A program made the position numbers and the translations under genes. Shown here piece after piece: positions 1-7,936 of a stretch of DNA of 21,372 nucleotides. The stretch is from Firmicutes bacterium UBA5388 (GTDB lineage: Bacteria; Bacillota; UBA4882; UBA10575): positions 1 to 21,372 of the forward strand of contig DHOO01000095.1 in the NCBI GenBank assembly GCA_002409975.1. The letters run 5' to 3'. Positions within the stretch are counted from its first letter, which is position 1. Each line of letters begins with the position of its first letter. The notes under the pieces are model-generated. The model made no database searches. It saw only the letters and a program-made list of their open reading frames with translations, and was not told where the DNA came from.

Positions 1-343
1 CTGGAGGCCAAGACAGCTCTCTACCTCCTATAAGATGGAAGTGGAGATGGGGTACAGTTTCTCCGGCGTTCACGCCACGGTTAATGACTACTCTGAATCC
101 TTCTTGGTTAATCTTAGTTTCTTCAGCTATCTCTTGTATGGCAGAGAAAAGCTTGGTTGTTAATTCCGGATCCTCGGATAGTTTCGGATCCATAATACTA
201 CTAATGTGTTTCTTAGGAACCAACAAAATATGAACTGGGGCAACGGGGTTTATATCCTGAAAAGCTATGATCTCCTCGTTTTCCAGAAGAATCTTAGCCG
301 GAATTGCTTTTCTGGCTATCTGGCAGAAAATACACTCATCCAT
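1..343 (-). CDS. HIT-family (histidine triad) nucleotide-binding protein; the extreme C-terminus runs off the window
   Basis: This ORF is absent from the supplied track because it reaches position 1. ATG at 343-341 follows GGGAGG (rc of 351-356) with a 7-nt spacer. My translation is MDECIFCQIARKAIPAKILLENEEIIAFQDINPVAPVHILLVPKKHISS...GETVPHLHFHLIGGRELSWPP, 114 codons. It carries the HxHxHxx histidine-triad motif and the N-terminal CxFC motif typical of HinT-like proteins. Confidence 0.85.
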   Translation of the reverse strand, partial: MDECIFCQIARKAIPAKILLENEEIIAFQDINPVAPVHILLVPKKHISSIMDPKLSEDPELTTKLFSAIQEIAEETKINQEGFRVVINRGVNAGETVPHLHFHLIGGRELSWPP

Positions 344-438
344 TCTTAAACCTCCCTTCGCCACATTAAGAAATTCGACAAAGGAAATGAAAATCCTTTT
401 TCTATCTTCAGTTTTAAACTTAAAAATAATTCTTTGAT

Positions 439-1827
439 CTAAATTACTTCACCGGTAAGAGGTTCAACTTTGCTAGAAACGACAACTGCCTGTAAAAGAG
501 TGTTCGGCTCAAAATTCCCTTTGACCTGGACTCTTAAATACTCTCGAGAAAAACCCTCCCAATAACCTCCAGGATTCATCTGTTCCACCAGCACTTCGAC
601 GGTCTTGCCAGAAAACTGTAAACGAAACTGCTTGGCTAATTCTTCCGCTATCGTCTCCGTACGCTGCACTCGTTGTTCTTTAATCTTTCGCGGAAGATGC
701 CCCTCCATCCGCGCGGCTTTAGTTCCTTCACGTTTGGAATAGGGGAAGATATGAATACGTGAAAAGTCAACCGCTTGCAGAAATTTTAAAGTCTCTTCAA
801 ATTCTTGTTCGGTCTCGCCTGGAAATCCCACCATTAAATCAGTAGTAAGACCCAACCTCGGCATACCTCTACGGAGCATGGATACTAAACCCGCATAATC
901 ATCTGGGGAATATTTTCTATTCATCCGGGAAAGCACGCTCTTGCTTCCGCTCTGTAAAGGAATATGTAAGTGATGACAAAGCAGCCGAGATGAAAATAAA
1001 ACCTCAATCAGTGAGGGGGAAAAATCCGCAGGTTCGATTGATCCTAACCGTAGACGCCATTTTTCTTGATCTAGTTTACCTTCCCATTCCTGATTAATAC
1101 TTGCCAATAAAGATGCAAGATCACAACCAAGATCTTTCCCGTAATCTCCAAGATGGATTCCGACTAAGACAATTTCTTTATAACCCAGCCCCAGCAACCG
1201 CTCTATTTCTATCTTGACCTGCGCTGGGGGGAGACTGCGCACTGGTCCCCGGGCAAAAGGGATCTTACAATAACTGCAATAGGATTGACATCCGTCTTCA
1301 ATTTTTAAAAAAGCCCGGGTTTTCTCAGTAAAATCTGGAGTAAATATTTCAAACCGGTTACTACCCTTCCAAGGAATCACTTGATTTTTTAAGCCAAAAA
1401 AAAGTTCTTTTTCGATCAGATTAACCAAGTTACTTCTCCCCGCCACCCCTATTACCAGATCAACTTCAGGTAAAGCGGTCACCGCATCAGGACTGGTTTG
1501 AGCATAACACCCGGTAACTACTACTAATGCTCCAGGATGTTCTCGTTTTACCTTTCTAATTAATTGTCGTGCTTTTTGTTCGGCGGTCTTGGTTACAGTA
1601 CAAGTATTTATAATATAGATGTGGGCCGGCTCCGTAAAATCCACCACCTGATAACCCCGTTCTCGAAAGAGCGCAGTAAGACCATCCGTATCAAACTGAT
1701 TAACCTTGCAACCTAAAGTATAAAAAGCTACACTCGTGGCTCGTCGCTCGTTACTCGTCGCTCGAGTAGATGTCTGCCGTTGCTTGCCCATTTCCCCCCG
1801 CTCACCATCAGGGCTTAGCTCTGCCAT
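439..1827 (-). CDS. mtaB: Radical-SAM methylthiotransferase of the MiaB/RimO/MtaB family, most like MtaB (ms2t6A37 synthesis)
   Basis: The N-terminal UPF0004-type motif VAFYTLGCKVNQFDTDG, the radical-SAM CxxxCxxC (CQSYCSYC) and a C-terminal TRAM-like segment are present. An unusual ~30-aa Arg/Ser/Thr-rich N-terminal extension precedes them. An alternative ATG lies at 1791 (MGKQRQ...). Confidence 0.85.
   Translation of the reverse strand: MAELSPDGERGEMGKQRQTSTRATSNERRATSVAFYTLGCKVNQFDTDGLTALFRERGYQVVDFTEPAHIYIINTCTVTKTAEQKARQLIRKVKREHPGALVVVTGCYAQTSPDAVTALPEVDLVIGVAGRSNLVNLIEKELFFGLKNQVIPWKGSNRFEIFTPDFTEKTRAFLKIEDGCQSYCSYCKIPFARGPVRSLPPAQVKIEIERLLGLGYKEIVLVGIHLGDYGKDLGCDLASLLASINQEWEGKLDQEKWRLRLGSIEPADFSPSLIEVLFSSRLLCHHLHIPLQSGSKSVLSRMNRKYSPDDYAGLVSMLRRGMPRLGLTTDLMVGFPGETEQEFEETLKFLQAVDFSRIHIFPYSKREGTKAARMEGHLPRKIKEQRVQRTETIAEELAKQFRLQFSGKTVEVLVEQMNPGGYWEGFSREYLRVQVKGNFEPNTLLQAVVVSSKVEPLTGEVI
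1731..1765 (-). repeat. Phased heptanucleotide array, 5 units of NNCTCGT on plus (ACGAGNN on the transcribed minus strand), inside the mtaB 5' coding end
   Basis: Plus-strand units are cactcgt ggctcgt cgctcgt tactcgt cgctcga, exactly in 7-nt phase. They encode ...TRATSNERRATS... of the MtaB N-terminal extension. Confidence 0.8.
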
Positions 1828-1926
1828 AATTATCTCTCTTTTCTAGTAATTATCACTTCTCGTACTGCTCACTCATCTTGAATAAAAACCTCTACGGCGC
1901 TTTTCTCTTTCGCTTATTCTGCTAGT

Positions 1927-1947
1927 CACTCGTCACTCGTCACTCGC
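1927..1947 (-). repeat. Phased heptanucleotide array, 3 near-identical units (cactcgt cactcgt cactcgc on plus; CGAGTGA x3 on minus) straddling the yhaM stop codon
   Basis: This is a direct tandem repeat read from the sequence. The yhaM TGA stop (1933-1935) lies inside the array. A degenerate fourth unit (ctagt) follows, so the phased triplets on the RNA strand read GAG, GAG, GAG, TAG. Confidence 0.8.
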
Positions 1948-2922
1948 CGCTTCTAAATCCAATAAATATACGGACCTTTTAAGGGTCGGATTATAAACTG
2001 TCCAGTTACTCCCATCTCCTGAATGTTTATGAATGGCCTCCCTAAACTTCGCCGCCTCCGCATCCATATTATCCGCATGATGAAGCAGACAAGCTTCAAG
2101 AAGAGCAGGTTGGACCGGAGAGCCCCATTCCAATTGCCCATGGTGACTAACGAGTAGGTGCATAAGAGGAAGTTCAGCTGTTAATGGAAAGAAGTCATCC
2201 CCTTTCAACCTCCGAGTCTCCTTGATCGCTTCGGTCACCATTTGGATCCCCAAGACTAAATGACCGATAAGTTTACCTTGATCTGTTCCTTCAATCCCCA
2301 ATTGACCCTCGTAAGATTGTATCTTCCCCACATCATGCAAAAGCGCGCCCGTGAGCAAAAGATCAGCATTGACTTCAGGATAATAAGCGGCAGCAGCCCG
2401 ACAAAGCATCACTACACCAGTCGTATGCTCAAGAAGGCCTCCACGATAAGCATGGTGGATCCGGATCGCTGCAGGTGAAGAGGCGAAACTATGTCGAAAC
2501 TGCTCATCAGCAAAGAAAATATCCAAAAGAAATTGATATGGTTTAGTCTTTAATTCTCTTCTGGTTTGATCCACAATCTCCCATAGCTCTTCAATGTTCG
2601 CTGTGGTAACCGGGAGAAAACAAGCGGGATCAAACTCTCCTTCTGAACAAATCTGAAAAAAATCCTCTTTGCAGTCGGCTTCAAGCTGCAATACACTATT
2701 AAAATTCTTCGCAGTAGCTTGGAGTTTAATGACTTTTCCTTTTTTTAGCTGTTTAAAAGTTTCCTCTGTTATTTCCCAAACCTTCAAAGCAATCTCGCCA
2801 CTTTTGTCCCCCACCCGCATCGCCGCAAAAGGATTCCCATTTCTAGCGACCCGCCATTGACTCTCCAGCACCAAAAAGGTCCCGGAAATAGTTCCCTCCT
2901 TTACTATTTCCTTAACTTGCAT
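1933..2922 (-). CDS. yhaM: YhaM-family 3'-5' exoribonuclease (N-terminal OB fold plus HD phosphohydrolase domain)
   Basis: The OB-like N-terminus reads NGNPFAAMRVGDKSGEIALKVWE. HD-domain motifs HHAYRGGLLEHT, LLHDVGK and LVSHHGQLEWGSP are colinear with Bacillus YhaM. ATG start with a GGGGGG SD 8 nt upstream. Confidence 0.8.
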   Translation of the reverse strand: MQVKEIVKEGTISGTFLVLESQWRVARNGNPFAAMRVGDKSGEIALKVWEITEETFKQLKKGKVIKLQATAKNFNSVLQLEADCKEDFFQICSEGEFDPACFLPVTTANIEELWEIVDQTRRELKTKPYQFLLDIFFADEQFRHSFASSPAAIRIHHAYRGGLLEHTTGVVMLCRAAAAYYPEVNADLLLTGALLHDVGKIQSYEGQLGIEGTDQGKLIGHLVLGIQMVTEAIKETRRLKGDDFFPLTAELPLMHLLVSHHGQLEWGSPVQPALLEACLLHHADNMDAEAAKFREAIHKHSGDGSNWTVYNPTLKRSVYLLDLEAASDE

Positions 2923-2988
2923 GGCCTAACCCCCCATCTTTTTAATCAACTTTACCAATCCGGTCATTATTCAAGAAGAATCTCCTCA

Positions 2989-3732
2989 CTACGAAGACGT
3001 CTCCGGATCCGATATGGATTCCTCCTCTTCTCTGCTACTCTTCTCTTCTTTTTCTTCAATCTCAAAAATCATCTCCAAGGGTTCTGCTCCTCGTTTTGCC
3101 TCAAAAGTCTTGTGCTTGAGATTAAAACAGATCTCTTCTCCCTTGATCTCTTCCTTGCCTTTTTGTATTTGAAGATCACCGACGATGGTCAACAGCTCTT
3201 CCGCATCAAGATAGCGTATTTCTTCTCCGCTCCCTTGAAAGTCCTTGTGTTCAATAAATGGTTTTTCCCTGGCGATAAACGTTTTTTCTTCGGTGTGCAA
3301 GAGTAATGAGTTACAAACCAGCTTAATCCCTTCCTTTTCTACTTCACCCTGATCGTTTAAGGTTTCTTCCCTTTTTAAAACCACTTCACCAGAGAAGATT
3401 CCACTTTTTTTATCTGTATTATAACAGAATTTATCTCCGGTAACGTAGAGATCTTCATGCTGTAGAGATACATTACCCATAAAAGTAACCTCTCTCGAGC
3501 CATCCGCTTGCTCAACAATCTCAGCTTGGACAAAACGGATGTAAGTCTCTCCCTGGAAATATTCTAAATTGCTTCCTTCCATAAACATTTTTTTGCCATC
3601 GGTATCTCCGCTAAAACGGTCGATTCCTTTAAAAACCCCTTTTTCTTTAGCCGACAGCGCTCCAGAAAAGCATAACACCATTATAAGCAGGAGTAACCCA
3701 CTACTGCTAAGCAAACGCCTCCCCTGATTCAT
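2989..3732 (-). CDS. lptA: LptA-like periplasmic LPS-transport protein (OstA-like beta-jellyroll) with an acidic C-terminal tail
   Basis: The signal peptide is MNQGRRLLSSSGLLLLIMVLCFSGALSA. The body is beta-strand-rich with OstA_N-like segments (VTFMGNVSLQHEDLYVTGDKFCY). The start ATG overlaps the lptC-like stop (ATGA, 3729-3732), and the gene sits in an lptD/lptC context. The tail reads EEKEEKSSREEEESISDPETSS. Confidence 0.6.
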   Translation of the reverse strand: MNQGRRLLSSSGLLLLIMVLCFSGALSAKEKGVFKGIDRFSGDTDGKKMFMEGSNLEYFQGETYIRFVQAEIVEQADGSREVTFMGNVSLQHEDLYVTGDKFCYNTDKKSGIFSGEVVLKREETLNDQGEVEKEGIKLVCNSLLLHTEEKTFIAREKPFIEHKDFQGSGEEIRYLDAEELLTIVGDLQIQKGKEEIKGEEICFNLKHKTFEAKRGAEPLEMIFEIEEKEEKSSREEEESISDPETSS

Positions 3733-4370
3733 AACTCCAGTTCGACCTCCACTCCGCCTTGTATTTCAAAACGGTCCTCTTGCGCATAATATCTAAAAGT
3801 CTCACCTCGAGACCGATTATTTTTCTGCTGGACATGAAGATTACCACAGAAAATATATTCTTCAGTTTCAAAATCACCTTCCATCTGGTCAGCTTCTACT
3901 TTTAACCCTTCTTTGGAAAAGGATATACGCTTTGAACTAGTTATCTTTTTGGTTTTAGTATTAATACTCATTTCTTCGGTGGTAAATTCACCTTCGGTCA
4001 TATAACCTTGTACATTTGTGAGCATGAGTAAATTCTTCTTTAGATCCAGTGTCGCCTCATCTGCCTTTAGGGAGAGCGAGCGCTGGTCCTTTTGAAAAAA
4101 TTGAATTTTTTTAACGCCCTGGAAAGTGCTATTTTTTCCATCTTTAGTTTGAAAGATCTGAGCCGCCTCCAGGAGCCAAGATCTTTTAGCTTCATCCCAT
4201 CCTTCATAACTGGCGTTCAAAAGAGTCAGCCCTTTTTCTTCGGAAAGAACAAGCGGAGTAGTTTCTTCTTGTGGCTGTAAGCTACGGTAAACAAAAACCA
4301 GGACTACCAAACCGACTAGGAAGAGCAAGCTTCTAACTACGATTTTAGGCGTTTTACTACCAAATTTCAC
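3729..4370 (-). CDS. lptC: LptC-like inner-membrane-anchored LPS-transport protein
   Basis: A single N-terminal TM helix (SLLFLVGLVVLVFVY) precedes a beta-rich periplasmic domain. I prefer the GTG start at 4370 because GGGGGA lies 6 nt upstream. That start overlaps the lptD 3' end by only 14 nt. The maximal ORF start at 4502 would overlap lptD by 146 nt. Confidence 0.6.
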   Translation of the reverse strand: MKFGSKTPKIVVRSLLFLVGLVVLVFVYRSLQPQEETTPLVLSEEKGLTLLNASYEGWDEAKRSWLLEAAQIFQTKDGKNSTFQGVKKIQFFQKDQRSLSLKADEATLDLKKNLLMLTNVQGYMTEGEFTTEEMSINTKTKKITSSKRISFSKEGLKVEADQMEGDFETEEYIFCGNLHVQQKNNRSRGETFRYYAQEDRFEIQGGVEVELEL

Positions 4371-6597
4371 TTTGGTTCCCCCATGTGTCAGCTCCTGTCC
4401 AGATAAAACCCTGTTCTCCGGAACCATAACCAAAGCCTGCCTCCTTAAACACTTTGTATGAAAATTGCAAAATATATTCTTTTCTATTGAGATCGTAGCC
4501 AAAGAATAAATCCCGGCAATGCCAATTATAGTTTAGACCTAATCTCGCTTTTTCAAGGCCATCCCCAAAAAAGCTATATCTAACATTAATGTCGGCCCGC
4601 ACATTTTTAGTCAAATCTTGTTTCAGTTTTGCTTCTAATTCCAAAGTCAACCATTTTTTCTGCAAAAAGTCATAGTATAAATCTAGATACAAGTGATTAT
4701 CCTTCTCCGATTGGTAACGTCCTTTAGCCGTGAGGTAAAGGTGAGTATACTGTTGGATGTTGGGGTTATAGGAAGCATTAAAACGTAAACTGTTATTCTG
4801 ATCGATGTTTAACGCCGTTACAAACTGGACTGGATACCATGGATTATCTTTGCGGCTTAGATTATAACCGCCAGCCAGGTTAGCTGTTAATATTTTTGAG
4901 TTATAACCCAGTCTACTTGTCATATGACCACCGGTCGAGAAGAGATAAGAATTTGTTACTAAGCGGGGGAATTCTACTGTGGGAGCTGTGCCTTCAGCTT
5001 CCACCCAGCTAAGTGTATTTGTCCAGGTAAGCCTCGGGGTAAATTTTTCCGTACCGGTTAACCCAAATGAGATAGCCTCTCTTCTAAAAGTTCCGGCATC
5101 CACCTGATAATACTGGAGTCTATGTGTATGAGCAAGATCTAAGGCAAAACCTCCGGCTTGCCAAAGTTTTTTCCCCAAAGGACGACGCTGAATTAGTAAC
5201 TCCGTACGGTAGCCCTCTTTCTCTTGCTCTCCCCTCACCTCAATTAAGCGGAGATAATCGAGATTTCCTTGGTAATAACCAGGAAAACCCAGGTTTATAT
5301 CTGGAGTTTTTAGGGAAAGTGAAGGTAATTCATGATAATAGGGAGTTTGATACCGCTCACTATAATTAAATTCTTGCTTGATTTTAAATAGTATTTGAAA
5401 ATTTTTTAAAGAAAACAGATCCCAGTATTGAAGATATTCCAGGTTATGTTGGTACTTTTTATTTATTACCAGTGACGAGGAGAGATCTTCGCGATAATAA
5501 ATGGAGGTCTTATAATCCAGCCGATTCCGACTTGTTGGTCTCCAACTCATATTAAGTTGACAAGGGTAGAGATATAGCTCTGGATTTTTACCTTGTTGTC
5601 CCGCCTCAAAGCGAAAAGTAGTCGGCCACTTCTGGTCTTTACAATTTAGATTACCTTTAAATCTATACTCAGGATATCCCAAGTCGTTTAAGTTAGCGCC
5701 CAGTGTATAAGAGAGAGGTCCTGTTTCTTGTTTCCAGTCAGTCAGGAACTGACAATCTTGATGGTTTGTTCGAAGATTATCTAGATGGTAAAAGCTAAGT
5801 GCAAAATTTTTATCTGTTCCTACCGGAAAGAAATGTTTGATCCCCTCCCCTACTCCTTTGGCTTGAATTAAGTCAAAAAGCAACTTCCCCTGGTGGCGAT
5901 CATTTAGCGCATACCGATAAACCATTTTCAAAAAGAATCCATCATCGTTATTGTAACCAAAGGTGGACTCATCAAAATCATTCTCTTGCTCTTTGATCGA
6001 AAATACTATTTTAGGAAGAGTTAAGATTTTAACCTTCCCTTCCCAGTAAGAAGCCTTATAAAATTCCACCCGATCATCCGGGTAATACTCCATGCGGTCA
6101 GCAGTTAGGTGATAATGAGGGCTTTCGCGGTTACAACCAGTAAATGAAGAGTCTTTACATCTTAGTTCATCTCCATTAAATTCTGCTTTCTTCCCCTTTA
6201 AAATTATTTGTTCACCGGTCTCAACTTCTTCAACCAAATAATAGTTTTCAAGCTCACCCTGTTCATCCTCAAAATAAAAGACAAAGTTTCTCCCAGTAAT
6301 CGTACGCTCCGGATCGGTGATCTGCACTAAGTCGTCGGCAGTCAGCAGGTTTTCTTTAAAATCAAGATAGATCTCATCTCCAGTGATGACATAATCTTTA
6401 TAAGTAACGGTGACCTTTCCTCTCGCGATCAACTGTTCTTGTTCATAATCGCCAATAAACTGATCAGCTATGATCATTCCTTTTTCTGCGGCGCAAACCG
6501 AAGAGGCAAAACCAGTGTACACTAGAAAAAGATAAAGACACAATCTCTTGGTTTTTTGCCGCAAAACGCTGCCACCAATCCTTTCCCCAAATCCCAA
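4357..6597 (-). CDS. lptD: LptD (OstA) outer-membrane LPS-assembly beta-barrel protein
   Basis: There is a signal peptide (LCLYLFLVYTGFASSVCA/AEKG) and an OstA_N-like N-domain (ARGKVTVTYKDYVITGDEIYLDF). The segment FTGCNRESPHYHLTADRMEYY...LPKIVF matches the conserved LptD junction (E. coli FTSC...W.V....I). The long Tyr/Asn/Gly-rich C-terminal region ends in an aromatic residue (SEIW). The track start is TTG at 6597. An alternative TTG at 6564 would give MRQKTKRL... as the signal n-region. Confidence 0.8.
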   Translation of the reverse strand: MGFGERIGGSVLRQKTKRLCLYLFLVYTGFASSVCAAEKGMIIADQFIGDYEQEQLIARGKVTVTYKDYVITGDEIYLDFKENLLTADDLVQITDPERTITGRNFVFYFEDEQGELENYYLVEEVETGEQIILKGKKAEFNGDELRCKDSSFTGCNRESPHYHLTADRMEYYPDDRVEFYKASYWEGKVKILTLPKIVFSIKEQENDFDESTFGYNNDDGFFLKMVYRYALNDRHQGKLLFDLIQAKGVGEGIKHFFPVGTDKNFALSFYHLDNLRTNHQDCQFLTDWKQETGPLSYTLGANLNDLGYPEYRFKGNLNCKDQKWPTTFRFEAGQQGKNPELYLYPCQLNMSWRPTSRNRLDYKTSIYYREDLSSSLVINKKYQHNLEYLQYWDLFSLKNFQILFKIKQEFNYSERYQTPYYHELPSLSLKTPDINLGFPGYYQGNLDYLRLIEVRGEQEKEGYRTELLIQRRPLGKKLWQAGGFALDLAHTHRLQYYQVDAGTFRREAISFGLTGTEKFTPRLTWTNTLSWVEAEGTAPTVEFPRLVTNSYLFSTGGHMTSRLGYNSKILTANLAGGYNLSRKDNPWYPVQFVTALNIDQNNSLRFNASYNPNIQQYTHLYLTAKGRYQSEKDNHLYLDLYYDFLQKKWLTLELEAKLKQDLTKNVRADINVRYSFFGDGLEKARLGLNYNWHCRDLFFGYDLNRKEYILQFSYKVFKEAGFGYGSGEQGFIWTGADTWGNQSEIW

Positions 6598-6610
6598 TTA
6601 ACCTGTTCCC

Positions 6611-7684
6611 TTATTTAATCAGACGGAACAATAAAACTAAACCAATGGCTAAAAAAAAGACATTAGGTATCCACGCTGCCCAAAACGGTAGAATAACTCC
6701 TGAAATCCCCATTTCGCGAAAAAGAACAGTGGTAAAAAAGTAAACCATAATGAGAAGAAGGCTTATAACTAAACCCCATACCCGTCCGTTTCTGGGCATA
6801 AGAGAGGAAAAAGGTAAACCCAGAAATGCCAAGATCAACCCGGCAAAAGGAATCGCCACCTTGAGATGGTAAGTAACAGCATACGAAGAGATACTCAACC
6901 CGCTTTTTTCAAAAATCTCCATATTTTTCTTCAGTTCAGCCCGACTCATCTCTTCTGCGCCTTTGCTTGTCCCCAGAAAAAAACTAAGATCTTCTCCCAC
7001 ATCCTCTACTAATTCCTCAAAACTAGCAACCGCTGTTATGGACCCATTATTGTCTAATTCATAATACTGACCATTTTTCAGACGCCACCATTGCTCTTCG
7101 ATCCGTCCGGAAGCCGCGGTAATCATCAGTGGAAATTTCCTCCCCTGGGACTGATAAATCATAACTCCCTCAACTTCTTGTTCTCGCTCATTAACACGAC
7201 GCAAATAAAAAAATCTGCCCTCCGGCCCTTTGAAAACTATATTTTCTTGCACAAAGGGGATAAAATCTTTATAAACCAACTTTCTTATCTCTTGCTCGTA
7301 GCGATGATTAGCCGCCGCAACTGCAATATCATTAAAGTAAAAGGCGCCGATACACATAAAAAAGGTGACGATCAAAAGAGGGTAGGTCAAACTCGGAAAA
7401 CTTAAACCTGAAGTACGTAAAACATCCATTTCTCGATCTTTAGATAACCGTCCCACGCTTAAAAAGACTCCAAAGAGAACTGCCGCTGGAAAAACATCCA
7501 TTAATAAATAGGGGATTTGGTAATAAACTAATAAACAGATCATGGAAAAAGAAGCTCTTTTATCCACTAAAAAGTTGGAGATCTCAAATAAAAAGTTACC
7601 GATGAGCAAAATCAGGAAACCGGCAGTACAAAAAAGAAACTGTGTCAAATATTCTCGAAGAAAATACCGGTGGATAATCCTCAT
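6611..7684 (-). CDS. LptF/LptG-family (YjgP/YjgQ) LPS export ABC permease
   Basis: The N-terminus MRIIHRYFLREYLTQFLFCTAGFLILLIG is typical of the family. Three TM helices are followed by a periplasmic beta-jellyroll insert and then three more TM helices. ATG start with AGAGGGGA 9 nt upstream. Confidence 0.85.
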   Translation of the reverse strand: MRIIHRYFLREYLTQFLFCTAGFLILLIGNFLFEISNFLVDKRASFSMICLLVYYQIPYLLMDVFPAAVLFGVFLSVGRLSKDREMDVLRTSGLSFPSLTYPLLIVTFFMCIGAFYFNDIAVAAANHRYEQEIRKLVYKDFIPFVQENIVFKGPEGRFFYLRRVNEREQEVEGVMIYQSQGRKFPLMITAASGRIEEQWWRLKNGQYYELDNNGSITAVASFEELVEDVGEDLSFFLGTSKGAEEMSRAELKKNMEIFEKSGLSISSYAVTYHLKVAIPFAGLILAFLGLPFSSLMPRNGRVWGLVISLLLIMVYFFTTVLFREMGISGVILPFWAAWIPNVFFLAIGLVLLFRLIK

Positions 7685-7740
7685 TGTGTCTGGTCCCCTC
7701 TAGAAATAATCCCTCCATCCTGCCAGAGAAAAAATCAGGT

Positions 7741-7802
7741 CTTAAAAAATGAAACCCGGGTAAACAGAGCTTTCTACGTAAAGCCATAAACATCTCCCCG
7801 GG
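7741..7802 (-). terminator. Terminator- or attenuator-like structure between lpxD and the lpt genes
   Basis: On the minus-strand RNA, CCCGGG (7802-7797) pairs with CCCGGG (7760-7755). These enclose an inner GCUUU/AAAGC hairpin (7769-7773 with 7780-7784). The structure is followed directly by UUUCAUUUUUU (7754-7744). The outer stem is only 6 bp with a 36-nt interior, so it is not a textbook terminator. Confidence 0.35.
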
Positions 7803-7936
7803 ATACCGCGACTTCATTCAGCCAAAATATGTATAGTCTCACCTTCCACAACCATTTTAATATCCCTGTCCAAAATAATCCTTTAATTAGTATTAAATAA
7901 GGAAAACATCCATCTTGGGGAGGTGAAAAAGTAATA

